A DNA stretch of 56,746 bases from a virus. Below the pieces are notes generated by a model. It saw only the letters and a program-made list of their open reading frames with translations. It was not told the origin of the DNA and ran no database searches. Position 1 is the stretch's first letter. Every line of letters begins with the position of its first letter. Below, in pieces: positions 18,440-26,665 of this stretch. The position numbers and the translations under genes were made by a program. The stretch lies in IMG/VR virus record IMGVR_UViG_3300045988_153221, positions 1 to 56,746 of that record; one strand, written 5' to 3'.

Positions 18440-18601
18440 ATGAATAATTATGACTATACTTGGTTTTTTATTATTATGACTTTGTTTAATTCTAGTTTAG
18501 GTATTAACAATAATGAAAGAAATATAGAACAAGAAGAAAAACAAGAAATAATAAATAAAAAACTTGATAAGATTTTAAGTTTATTAGAGGAGATAAAATG
18601 A
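18440..18601 (+). CDS. small protein with N-terminal hydrophobic segment
   Basis: 53-aa ORF below the track cutoff (MNNYDYTWFFIIMTLF...). Its stop overlaps the next start (ATGA). Confidence 0.45.
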   Translation: MNNYDYTWFFIIMTLFNSSLGINNNERNIEQEEKQEIINKKLDKILSLLEEIK

Positions 18602-18834
18602 ATAATGATGCAGATAGATTTGGAAGTTTTTGGTTTTGGCTTGCGGTTGTTTCTAATTATTGTCAAATAGAAAGCTACGAATTAAATAAAAAGCAAATTA
18701 GTAATGATGAATTATTAAAATATCTTGAACATCAAGATAACGATTATTTAAGAACAATAATAGAACAAAATATCCAATTAATAGAGCAGAATAATATAAT
18801 TATTCAACTCTTGAAAGGAGGCAAAAGTGCATAA
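18598..18834 (+). CDS. hypothetical protein
   Basis: Track ORF, translationally coupled to its neighbours. Confidence 0.6.
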   Translation: MNNDADRFGSFWFWLAVVSNYCQIESYELNKKQISNDELLKYLEHQDNDYLRTIIEQNIQLIEQNNIIIQLLKGGKSA

Positions 18835-19267
18835 AAAATACTTAAAAAAAATAATTGAAAAAGGTTCAAAAATTGATATGGAAAAATTAGCAGAATTTAT
18901 GGAAGAAACTATGGACCATATAAAAGAATGTGACCCTAAATTATATGATAAAATAGAATGTAAAATGTATGAAATGGCTTATGGAAAAATGTTGACAGAA
19001 GATATGGCTTCAAAATGGGTACATTCTATGAAACCATATGGAATGAAATGGACTAAAGAACAGACAGATGAAGTTATAAAAAAATATGGTTTAAATATAA
19101 ATGAAATAGATTTTTGGGCTATTATGAATGCAATGTATAACGATTATCGTAATATTTTTGATGACAATGTTGAAACTTATATAAAATTATCAAGAGATTT
19201 TATAAAAGATGAAGATGCAGTTGATGGAAAAGTTTATGAATATTGGAAATATATTACAAAACATTAA
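18827..19267 (+). CDS. hypothetical protein
   Basis: Track ORF (GTG start after GGAGG), followed by a terminator hairpin. Confidence 0.65.
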   Translation: MHKKYLKKIIEKGSKIDMEKLAEFMEETMDHIKECDPKLYDKIECKMYEMAYGKMLTEDMASKWVHSMKPYGMKWTKEQTDEVIKKYGLNINEIDFWAIMNAMYNDYRNIFDDNVETYIKLSRDFIKDEDAVDGKVYEYWKYITKH

Positions 19268-19290
19268 AAAGGTTTAATAGGCAACCTTTT
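19267..19290 (+). terminator. terminator hairpin
   Basis: aaaaggtt-taataggc-aacctttt. Confidence 0.55.
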
Positions 19291-19294
19291 ATGT

Positions 19295-19368
19295 GGTACA
19301 TTGGACAAAAGAAGTCGCTTTGACTGCAAATCAAAGAGAACGCAGGGCAGTACTGCGATGTACCTCCA
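19295..19368 (+). tRNA. non-canonical tRNA-like element, anticodon GCA (Cys)
   Basis: Hand fold: 7-bp acceptor GGTACAT/ATGTACC plus encoded TCCA, anticodon arm TTTGA-CTGCAAA-TCAAA and T stem CGCAG/CTGCG. The T loop is GGCAGTA (no TTC) and the D loop lacks GG. Confidence 0.5.
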
Positions 19369-19383
19369 AATTTAATATTTATA

Positions 19384-19412
19384 TTGACATATGTATTATA
19401 TAATATTATAAT
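19384..19412 (+). promoter_or_regulatory. consensus sigma-70 promoter TTGACA-N17-TATAAT
   Basis: Exact hexamers with a 17-nt spacer, 95 nt upstream of the HNH gene. Confidence 0.6.
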
Positions 19413-19507
19413 AAATATAGGCTAAATAGAGAGTAGCTACTCTATTGAAAAGCAACCCAACTTGCCTGCCTATTTTTATTTTTTAGTTGGGAGAAAGTTG
19501 GGTATAT

Positions 19508-19963
19508 ATGAGTGGAAAATATCATCGTTTAAGTCTTGGAAAAGATGAAAATGGAAAAAGAATATTTATCGATGAACATCGTTTTATAATGGAAAATTTT
19601 TTAGGGAGAAAACTTAATAGTAATGAAGTTGTCCATCATATAAATGGTAATAAAAGTGATAATAGAATTGAAAATTTACAATTAATGACTTTGGAAGAAC
19701 ATTCAAAATTGCATTCTAAAAATACTATTATAAGTAAAGAAACTAGACAAAAAATGATACAAAATCACTATAAAGGACCATCTAAAAATAGAAAATTAGA
19801 TGATAAAATAATAATATCTATTGCAAATAATTATAAAATTGGAATGAGTTTAAGACAAATAGATAAAAAATATAATTTAGCAAATGGTACTTCGGGAAAT
19901 ATAATAAACGGAAGAACTTACAAAGATAAACAAGTTATAATAAAAAGAATATTGACAAGTTAA
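19508..19963 (+). CDS. HNH homing endonuclease
   Basis: The HNH_3-type motif ...VVHHINGNKSDNRIENLQLMTLEEHSKLH... is present. The gene is free-standing between terminators, with ATG 19508 after GGGAGAAAG. Confidence 0.85.
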   Translation: MSGKYHRLSLGKDENGKRIFIDEHRFIMENFLGRKLNSNEVVHHINGNKSDNRIENLQLMTLEEHSKLHSKNTIISKETRQKMIQNHYKGPSKNRKLDDKIIISIANNYKIGMSLRQIDKKYNLANGTSGNIINGRTYKDKQVIIKRILTS

Positions 19964-20020
19964 AAGATATTAATTATAATATATTTGTATGAACAATATT
20001 TGGCTGTTAAATTCATCAGA

Positions 20021-20067
20021 ACAATAGAAAGTCTTGTTTTTTCAAGAAACTTCTATTGTTTTTTTAT
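20021..20067 (+). terminator. rho-independent terminator
   Basis: Long hairpin acaatagaa...ttctattgt plus T7. Confidence 0.7.
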
Positions 20068-20073
20068 TTTATA

Positions 20074-20082
20074 TGATATAAT
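20074..20082 (+). promoter_or_regulatory. extended -10 element TGATATAAT
   Basis: The same 9-mer recurs at 20175 and 44626. Confidence 0.35.
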
Positions 20083-20174
20083 TATATTGCCAATCAAAAA
20101 TTTTCTTAATATTTTTACCTTTTTATATTTTTTTATAGAATTAGATGTTTTTTATATCTAATTCTATTTTTTTT

Positions 20175-20183
20175 TGATATAAT
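20175..20183 (+). promoter_or_regulatory. extended -10 element TGATATAAT upstream of holin
   Basis: Lies 35 nt upstream of the holin ATG. Confidence 0.4.
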
Positions 20184-20217
20184 ATATATGTATAAAAAAT
20201 AAAAAGGAGGGATTGCA

Positions 20218-20502
20218 ATGGAAAATTTATTACAAATTACTGCTATTGCAATACTTGCAGAGGCTGTTTGGGAAAATTTAAAAATGATTTGGCAAGATGG
20301 AAAAGTAAGTATTGATAGAATAGGAGCTTTAATTGTTAGCATAGTTATTTCGATGGCTACGCAATTAGATGTATTTGCAATATTAAATTTTGGCATTTCT
20401 ATTCCATTTGTAGGTAGCTTTTTAACTGGAATTCTTATAAGTAGAGGTGCTAATTTTATTCACGATTTGTTAAATAAAATACAAACAATTTCTAATAGTT
20501 AG
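20218..20502 (+). CDS. holin
   Basis: 94 aa with 2-3 TM segments and RBS AAGGAGGG, directly upstream of the endolysin. Confidence 0.65.
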   Translation: MENLLQITAIAILAEAVWENLKMIWQDGKVSIDRIGALIVSIVISMATQLDVFAILNFGISIPFVGSFLTGILISRGANFIHDLLNKIQTISNS

Positions 20503-20513
20503 GGGGAAACAAA

Positions 20514-20630
20514 ATGGATAATATAACAGAAGAAACAGTTGAATTTTCACAAGAATTATATGAAAAGAATATAAAAGAAAACACATTTGAAACTGAATAT
20601 GAGGCAGGTGTTGATAATGCAAATAACTAA
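20514..20630 (+). CDS. small acidic ORF (38 aa)
   Basis: ATG follows AGGGGG. It fills the holin-endolysin gap and overlaps the endolysin start. Confidence 0.35.
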   Translation: MDNITEETVEFSQELYEKNIKENTFETEYEAGVDNANN

Positions 20631-21348
20631 TGTAACTTGTCCAAGTTCAAAATATCCTACAAAATGTCCTGATGTAACAGTAAAAAATGGAATATGCGTA
20701 CATAATACGGCAAATGATGCAAGTGCTATGTCAGAAATATCATATATGATAGGTAGACCAGATAAAGTTTCATTCCATGTTGCTGCTGATGATGAAAGAA
20801 TTGTAACAGGACTTCCATTTAATAGAAGTTGTTATGCAGCTGGAGATGGAAGATATGGAAGAGGAAATGCAAATAAAATTAATATAGAAATCTGTTATTC
20901 AAAATCAGGAGGAGAAAGATTTGAAAAATCAGAAGATAATGCAGCTGCTTATATTGCATATCTTTTAAGACAATATGGTTGGGGAATAGAAAAAGTATCA
21001 AAGCATCAAGATTATAGTGGAAAATATTGCCCACATAGAACTTTAGATATGGGCTGGGAAAGATTTTTAAATAAAATTAGGTATCATTTAGGAGAACAAC
21101 AAAAACCAGTTCCAGAAATTAAAGATAAAGGAGGAAATTTAGAAATGGCAAGAGTATATCAAAATGGAAGCACTCCAGAAACTGTTTATGCAGATACTGC
21201 ATTATCAAAAAAAATAGGTACTTTAAATCCATGGGAAAAAGCAGAATATCTTTCAATTGACAATAATAGACCTTTAGTAAGATATACAGTTGATGGAACT
21301 AATACTAAAAAATGTGGTTATGTATTATGGAAAGGTGGAGCAAAATAA
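20617..21348 (+). CDS. N-acetylmuramoyl-L-alanine amidase endolysin
   Basis: Amidase_2-type motifs are present: ICVHNTAN..., VSFHVAADD..., NINIEICY..., KHQDYSGKYCPH. The C-terminal about 70 aa is probably a binding domain. Confidence 0.9.
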   Translation: MQITNVTCPSSKYPTKCPDVTVKNGICVHNTANDASAMSEISYMIGRPDKVSFHVAADDERIVTGLPFNRSCYAAGDGRYGRGNANKINIEICYSKSGGERFEKSEDNAAAYIAYLLRQYGWGIEKVSKHQDYSGKYCPHRTLDMGWERFLNKIRYHLGEQQKPVPEIKDKGGNLEMARVYQNGSTPETVYADTALSKKIGTLNPWEKAEYLSIDNNRPLVRYTVDGTNTKKCGYVLWKGGAK

Positions 21349-21372
21349 AATGAGCCATTAGGCTCATTATAT

Positions 21373-21446
21373 GCAGATTTAGTGTAATGGTAGCATATCG
21401 GTCTCCAAAACCGTTGGTAATGGTTCAAATCCATTAATCTGTGCCA
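21373..21446 (+). tRNA. trnW: tRNA-Trp (anticodon CCA)
   Basis: Hand-folded cloverleaf: acceptor GCAGATT/AATCTGT (G1-U72), anticodon loop CTCCAAA, T arm AATGG-TTCAAAT-CCATT, encoded GCCA end. Confidence 0.8.
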
Positions 21447-21449
21447 ATA

Positions 21450-21478
21450 TTGACAAAAAATAAAAAATGAAATATAAT
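21450..21478 (+). promoter_or_regulatory. orphan consensus promoter TTGACA-N17-TATAAT
   Basis: Exact hexamers. It points at a bidirectional terminator only about 40 nt downstream, with no ORF in between. Confidence 0.5.
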
Positions 21479-21512
21479 GAAAATGATTAGCTCGTTGAAT
21501 GCATTTTTTTAC

Positions 21513-21545
21513 AAAAAGAAATAGAATATTTTTCTATTTCTTTTT
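21513..21545. terminator. bidirectional terminator hairpin at the convergence of plus and minus modules
   Basis: aaaaagaaatagaa-tatt-ttctatttcttttt, flanked by A/T runs. Confidence 0.65.
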
Positions 21546-22061
21546 GTTTATTAAATTTTCCATATACCAATCTATTAATTCAATTTTATCTTGTAAAAAG
21601 GCAATTACTTCAACTTTATCTTCCCAATTTTCTTTTGTTATTTCTTGCTTTAAATTATAAATAACTTTATTATATATTCTATATCTATTAGAAGCTTCAA
21701 TTAATTTTGAATTTATAATCGTTTTTCTTCTTTTTTCTTCTTCTCTTTTTAGTTTTTGTTGTCTTTGCAATTCTATTAATCTTTTTTTGTTTAATCTTCC
21801 TCTAGTTTTCAAACCTAAATTAAAATCATAATTTATTTTTTCCATTGCTTCTTGGAAATTTAAATTAAAATATTGCTTAACAAATTCAATTAAATCTCCT
21901 GTTCTATTACAAGAAAAACAATAAAAACTTTTTTTATAAACTTTCATACTAGGAGAATTATCTTTATGAAAAGGACAATGACACATATATTTTTTTATTT
22001 CTATTCCATATTTATTTAGAATATCTTTCATATTCAATATATTTAATATTTCATCTTTCAT
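21534..22061 (-). CDS. CHC2 zinc-finger (DnaG primase N-terminal-like) protein
   Basis: CHCPFHKDNSPSMKVY...FYCFSCNRTGDLIEFV motif. Confidence 0.75.
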   Translation of the reverse strand: MKDEILNILNMKDILNKYGIEIKKYMCHCPFHKDNSPSMKVYKKSFYCFSCNRTGDLIEFVKQYFNLNFQEAMEKINYDFNLGLKTRGRLNKKRLIELQRQQKLKREEEKRRKTIINSKLIEASNRYRIYNKVIYNLKQEITKENWEDKVEVIAFLQDKIELIDWYMENLINKKK

Positions 22062-22459
22062 TTTATACTTTCCTCTAATAATTTAATTTTATTTTTCTTT
22101 TCTTCAATTTCATCTTTTAATTTTAATATTTCTTGCTCTATTGAAAATTTTTTAATTCTTTTCTTAACTTCAATATTTATATTATATATAATAAATATTC
22201 CATAATCATGAATTGTTTTTATAATTAAATCTTCATTTTTTAGTTTCTTTTTAATTCTTCTAATTATAGTTAATAAAGGAGATTTGAAATAAGCATAATC
22301 TTCTTCACTAGTATTATATATATACATTATTAATTCTTTATATGTGCAATTTCTATATCTGTTTTTTATTAAAAATTCCATAAGTTTAAATTCATTTGGT
22401 GTCAATTTTATTTTTTTATTTCTTGTTACTAATTCTTGTGTATTTTCATCTAACATCAT
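22058..22459 (-). CDS. winged-helix (OmpR/PhoB C-terminal-like) DNA-binding protein
   Basis: KLTPNEFKLMEFLIKNRYRNCTYKELIMYIY resembles the Trans_reg_C pattern. Confidence 0.6.
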   Translation of the reverse strand: MMLDENTQELVTRNKKIKLTPNEFKLMEFLIKNRYRNCTYKELIMYIYNTSEEDYAYFKSPLLTIIRRIKKKLKNEDLIIKTIHDYGIFIIYNINIEVKKRIKKFSIEQEILKLKDEIEEKKNKIKLLEESIK

Positions 22460-22503
22460 TTATCTACCTTCTTCCACAAAGTTGTCCACAACTATGTGGA
22501 TAA

Positions 22504-22710
22504 CTATTTTATTTCAAATAGTGTAGATATTTCAAAATCTGGATTAATTAATTTAGTTATTGCATAAGCTAAAGTTTTACTACAACTTTGTTTTTTATTT
22601 AAAATTCTTGATAATGTTTCTTGAGAACAGCCTATTTCTTTTGCCATTTCTACTTGTGAAATATCTTTATTAATAACAATACCATCTTTTATAAAATACA
22701 TTTTATTCAC
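22504..22710 (-). CDS. XRE-family HTH protein (Cro/CI-like)
   Basis: VEMAKEIGCSQETLSRILNKK helix-turn-helix. 68 aa. Confidence 0.7.
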   Translation of the reverse strand: MNKMYFIKDGIVINKDISQVEMAKEIGCSQETLSRILNKKQSCSKTLAYAITKLINPDFEISTLFEIK

Positions 22711-22844
22711 TCCTTTCTATATCTTTATCTTAGCACATTCTTGACATGAAGTCAATAAAAAAATAAAAAAAATAGCCAAATTTTCATTTGACTATTTAAC
22801 AATAAAAAAATACCCTAATGTTTATATAAATATTTTGTAGGGTT

Positions 22845-22920
22845 TGGTTGCGAGAGCAGGATTTGAACCTACAACCTCTAGGGTATGAACCTAGCCATCT
22901 GCCATTGATAGTATCTCGCC
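22845..22920 (-). tRNA. tRNA with anticodon CAT (Met or Ile2)
   Basis: Reverse complement GGCGAGA..CTAGG-TTCATAC-CCTAG..GTAGG-TTCAAAT-CCTGC-TCTCGCA-ACCA, 76 nt. It has a G1-A72 mismatch and an irregular D arm. Confidence 0.7.
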
Positions 22921-23158
22921 AAATCCGTAGGTTGATTTTAGCTCAACCCACAAAGCTAAAAAGGGGATATTTCATTGTATATCCATAACTAGGTTTATGA
23001 ATTATCCTAGCCTGCAATACGATAAAAAAGGTGGTCCTAAAATATCATATCACGATATTAGTTATGTTTTTCTAATATCCACCCCATAGACTACTTTCTA
23101 TGGGCAAATCTATCTACAAAGATAGCCCTAATAAAACTCCGCCAAGAATTCTATTATT
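22921..23158 (-). ncRNA. structured non-coding leader/sRNA upstream of tRNA-CAT
   Basis: About 240 nt with no ORF and higher GC than its surroundings. Several hairpins are present (ccataga..tctatgg, ctatct..agatag, tttagct..agctaaa), plus an internal GGTGG...CCACC+T6 terminator-like element near 23024..23034. Confidence 0.35.
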
Positions 23159-23164
23159 AAAATT

Positions 23165-23193
23165 ATGATAACACATTTTTATGTCTTTGTCAA
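23165..23193 (-). promoter_or_regulatory. promoter TTGACA-N17-TATCAT (minus strand)
   Basis: Reverse complement of 23188..23193 is TTGACA and of 23165..23170 is TATCAT. The spacer is 17 nt. Confidence 0.55.
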
Positions 23194-23208
23194 TAGTGGT
23201 ATCAAAAA

Positions 23209-24585
23209 TTATAAAATTCTATTTCCATTTTTCCTATAAATTGTTTTTCTTGATTTAAACATATTGTTATGAAATTGAGTATCATCAACAATATCATAAA
23301 CTAAAGGAGTTTTTTTACCTTCAAATTTTCTTTCTACTCTTCCTACTGATTGAATTATTGTTGCTTTATCTCTATGAGGACTTGCTAAAATAAGCCTATC
23401 TAATCTTGGTATATCAAGACCTTCTTTTGCTAATCCATAAGTTGCAAATAATAAATTTTCTTTTCCATCTCTCATGTCTTGTATATATTGTTCTCTTTGT
23501 GCTTTTTTCTTTTTGCTTGTCATAGTTCCATCAATTTTTACACCATATCCTATTTTTTCTTGAAGATATGAAAGCTGGGTTAATCTATCTCCAAGAACTA
23601 GTGTATAATTATTTTTACACTCTTTTAATATATCTAATATTATTTCATTTCTATCTTCATTTTCTGATAAAAATGTTGTTAATTTTGAATAATCTATTGT
23701 TCCATCTGTTTTTTTAGCATCTCTAGGAATTTTAAAGTCAGTATAAATTGGTTGTATTTCTGCTTTAATAGTTCTTTCTGAAACTACTTCTTTTGGAACT
23801 TCACATATTATAGGTCCAATTAGAGAAAATAAAGCTTTTTCTGTTCCTTTTATATTTCTAAATGGTGTAGCAGTTAAGGCATACTTATATCTGCAAGATA
23901 AAGCATTTATGACTTTATAAAACATTCCTAATTGAGCAGGAGTTCCACAAATCCTATGACCTTCATCTACAACTATACAATCCCATTCATTTTTAAATTG
24001 TGATAAATCTAATTTTACTAATGTTTGGACAGTAGCAAAAGTAATATGAGTTCCTATATCTATTTTGCCTGCTGCTATTTTCCCAAGACCAACACTTTCC
24101 AAATTACTTTTTGCTCTATCAAAACTTTGATTTAATAAATCGTAAGTATGCGTAATCCAAAGAGTTTTTAAACCTAATTCACTAATTAATTGTAATGCAG
24201 TTTGTGTTTTACCACTTCCAGCTGGCATAACAATAACTCCATTTTTAGATTTTAAAGCTTCATTTTTTGCCTTTTCTTGATAATCAAACAATTTTATATT
24301 GCTTTTATAATAAATAATATTAGAATTTAAACATTTCAATAAATAATCTTCTTTAACTGGATAAATCTTATAAATATCTTTAAAACAACCAAAAGGTAAT
24401 ATATAGTCATTTCCATGTTTTTCATACCAATACAATCTTCTCGGAATATTATAAGTTGGAAATCCTAATCTTTCATTTTGTGCATATTGAGGATTATCTA
24501 TTTCTAAATTACTTTTACAATATTTTTCTATTATAGGTTCTGCATCTATTATTCTTAAAATATTATCAACAATTATTTTCATCAT
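23209..24585 (-). CDS. DEAD/DEAH-box (SF2) DNA helicase
   Basis: Walker A VIVMPAGSGKTQTA, DEGH box (CIVVDEGH) and C-terminal helicase motifs. Confidence 0.85.
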   Translation of the reverse strand: MMKIIVDNILRIIDAEPIIEKYCKSNLEIDNPQYAQNERLGFPTYNIPRRLYWYEKHGNDYILPFGCFKDIYKIYPVKEDYLLKCLNSNIIYYKSNIKLFDYQEKAKNEALKSKNGVIVMPAGSGKTQTALQLISELGLKTLWITHTYDLLNQSFDRAKSNLESVGLGKIAAGKIDIGTHITFATVQTLVKLDLSQFKNEWDCIVVDEGHRICGTPAQLGMFYKVINALSCRYKYALTATPFRNIKGTEKALFSLIGPIICEVPKEVVSERTIKAEIQPIYTDFKIPRDAKKTDGTIDYSKLTTFLSENEDRNEIILDILKECKNNYTLVLGDRLTQLSYLQEKIGYGVKIDGTMTSKKKKAQREQYIQDMRDGKENLLFATYGLAKEGLDIPRLDRLILASPHRDKATIIQSVGRVERKFEGKKTPLVYDIVDDTQFHNNMFKSRKTIYRKNGNRIL

Positions 24586-24967
24586 AAAATCCTTTCTTAT
24601 ATGGAGATATCTCTTTTAAATCTATACTCTTCTTGTTAAAATCTATATCATCAAAATCAATATAATATAAATTATTATTCCAAAGAATTGCTAATGAAAA
24701 TATAGTTTCTGGATTTCTACATTCTCTAATTCTTTCATAAGCAAGTCTTTGATTTTCTTCAATTCTTGATATTGGAAATAATCCACTTTTATTATTTAAT
24801 GTTTTACAATCATATAATTCAGGAAAATCTCTTTTTATTGCAATTATATCACAAGGCTGGCTTCCTATATGTGCAGTTCCTTCTATAAAATGAACCCAAT
24901 AATTTTTTGAAGCCAAAAAATTAGCAAAATCTTTTTCAAAATTTGAGCCTAAAACTTTATTATTCAT
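24566..24967 (-). CDS. PD-(D/E)XK nuclease, Holliday-junction-resolvase-like
   Basis: GSNFEKDFANFL...PCDIIAIKR...LYDCKTL pattern. 133 aa. Confidence 0.5.
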   Translation of the reverse strand: MNNKVLGSNFEKDFANFLASKNYWVHFIEGTAHIGSQPCDIIAIKRDFPELYDCKTLNNKSGLFPISRIEENQRLAYERIRECRNPETIFSLAILWNNNLYYIDFDDIDFNKKSIDLKEISPYKKGFYDENNC

Positions 24968-25143
24968 CTTATCCTCCTAATACAAGTACAACATTTAGAC
25001 ATCATACTTCTATATTGTTTATTTTTTATTTTGCTTATTTCTGAATTACACATTCCTATAATTCCAGTTTCATCATACAATTTAAAATCTCTACAATTTC
25101 CACATTTATTTTTCATATTTACACTATATTCACATATACTCAT
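24964..25143 (-). CDS. small Cys-rich protein
   Basis: ATG 25143 follows GGAGG and overlaps the upstream stop (ATGA). CGNC...C...CCTC. Confidence 0.55.
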   Translation of the reverse strand: MSICEYSVNMKNKCGNCRDFKLYDETGIIGMCNSEISKIKNKQYRSMMSKCCTCIRRIR

Positions 25144-25634
25144 TTTAAATCCTCCAAATTTATTTCTAATGCAGTACATTTAAAATTTTCATTAGTTCCT
25201 TCATGATGATTAACTATTAATTTTTTACCTAAAATATCTTTACAAGGTATCAAATATCCAACGCATAAACAACTTATTATTATATCATCTTTAAATTGCT
25301 CTTTCATATTATAGTAATCATCATGTATAAACTTTATTTTATCTGTTTGAACAGGCTCTACATCTTTATATATATCTATACCTATATATTCAATTCCTTC
25401 ATTTGCAAATAAATATCCAAACATATTAATATTACTACCTACATCAATAACCCTTTTTGGATTATACTTTTTAACTTTTTCTAATATAGCTTTATACCAT
25501 TCTAAACTTTCAGAACCTTCATCAATATTATATTGAAGCATATCTGACTTATATTCTCCATAATATCTATTAGGGTTATTTTCATTTATTTTATATAAAT
25601 AATCAATTACTTCTTTTAAATTATTAAACTTCAT
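25140..25634 (-). CDS. class I SAM-dependent methyltransferase
   Basis: Motif I-like VIDVGSNINMFG followed by IGIDI. ATG 25634 follows GGAGAG. Confidence 0.55.
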   Translation of the reverse strand: MKFNNLKEVIDYLYKINENNPNRYYGEYKSDMLQYNIDEGSESLEWYKAILEKVKKYNPKRVIDVGSNINMFGYLFANEGIEYIGIDIYKDVEPVQTDKIKFIHDDYYNMKEQFKDDIIISCLCVGYLIPCKDILGKKLIVNHHEGTNENFKCTALEINLEDLK

Positions 25635-25745
25635 TCTAATTCTCTCCAAAATCAATTTTAAGGCACTTTATTTTTAAAAGGGCATAACTTGTTTGGTTGA
25701 ACCTAAAATCAAGAAATACCCTTAAAATTTTATTAAATTTAATTA

Positions 25746-26141
25746 TTAGAATGGCAATGGTTCATCATTAAAATTGTTAGTTGTAGGTTCTGAATTTTCA
25801 AATTGCATATCATTTTGACTTTCTTTTTTGCTATCTGCAAAAAAACATTGCTCTGCAATTACTTCTGTTACATAATGTTTTTGTCCTTGGTCATCTTCCC
25901 AATTTCTTGTTTGTATTCTTCCTTGTATTGCAACTTGCATACCTTTTTGAAAATATTTGCTACAAAATTCTCCAGTTTTCCCCCATGCTAAAATATTTAT
26001 AAAATCAGCAGTTGGTTGACCCTCTTTAGTAAATCTTCTATTTACTGCTAATGTGAAATTAGCAATTGCTGTGTTATTTGTTTGAGTATATTTGATGTCA
26101 GGGTCTTTTGTTAATCTTCCTATTAAATTTACGCAATTCAT
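25746..26141 (-). CDS. ssb: single-stranded DNA-binding protein
   Basis: OB-fold signature NLIGRLTKDPDIKYT...ANFTLAVNR...WGK and an acidic C-terminal tail ...DEPLPF. Confidence 0.9.
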   Translation of the reverse strand: MNCVNLIGRLTKDPDIKYTQTNNTAIANFTLAVNRRFTKEGQPTADFINILAWGKTGEFCSKYFQKGMQVAIQGRIQTRNWEDDQGQKHYVTEVIAEQCFFADSKKESQNDMQFENSEPTTNNFNDEPLPF

Positions 26142-26650
26142 TATTTATCTTCTCCTTTTTTCTTTGTTGTTTTCTTTGTTTTCTTTGTTTTCTTTGTAGT
26201 AGTTTTTTTTGTTGCTTTTACTTTTGCTGTTTTTGTTGTTTTTTTAATAGTTTCTTCTTTTGGTTCTTCTTTTTGTTCTTCTTTTGGTTCTTCTCTTTCA
26301 GGTTCTGCACTATCAGGTTCTGTTTTAGAAACTATTTCATATTTTTCTAATAATTCTTTATAATCTTTTTCTAATTTTTTGTTTTGCTTTTTTATTTTAT
26401 TATTTATTTCATTTGATGTTTTTAATTCTGTTCTTAATCCTTCTTTTTCACTTTCTACTATATTCATTTTTTCATTCATATCTTCTATTTTTTCTTCTAA
26501 GCCCATTGTTTTATTTAAAGCATCGTTTTTCTTATTTCTATAATCTTCAACTAGTTCTTTTTCTTTTTTTAATTTTGCTTTATAATTTATAACAATGAAA
26601 ATATTTAAGATTAAAAGTATTATTAAAATTGCTATAATTGTAATTAACAT
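26141..26650 (-). CDS. membrane-anchored coiled-coil protein with K/T/E-rich tail
   Basis: N-terminal TM, central coiled coil and low-complexity KKT repeats (tandem 9-bp DNA repeats). Confidence 0.6.
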   Translation of the reverse strand: MLITIIAILIILLILNIFIVINYKAKLKKEKELVEDYRNKKNDALNKTMGLEEKIEDMNEKMNIVESEKEGLRTELKTSNEINNKIKKQNKKLEKDYKELLEKYEIVSKTEPDSAEPEREEPKEEQKEEPKEETIKKTTKTAKVKATKKTTTKKTKKTKKTTKKKGEDK

Positions 26651-26665
26651 TGCTTTCCCTCCTTT

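Noticed and set aside
22727-22755. Promoter TTGACT-N17-TAAGAT (minus strand) with the palindrome TTGAC-ATGAA-GTCAA upstream of the Cro-like gene.
   Set aside because: The predicted start site would leave almost no leader before the RBS. The palindrome may still be an operator, but the promoter call is not secure.
22921-23158. tmRNA, T-box leader or group I intron identity for the structured RNA upstream of tRNA(CAT).
   Set aside because: The downstream element folds as a complete cloverleaf with an anticodon arm, which rules out a tmRNA end. Only a loose GGGGTGG resemblance to the T-box sequence exists. No tag ORF or intron core was recognisable by eye.
26159-26215. Tandem 9-bp repeats (ttttctttg) that could look like a repeat array.
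   Set aside because: They lie inside ORF 26141..26650 and simply encode a KKT low-complexity tail. There is no spacer structure, so this is not a CRISPR array.
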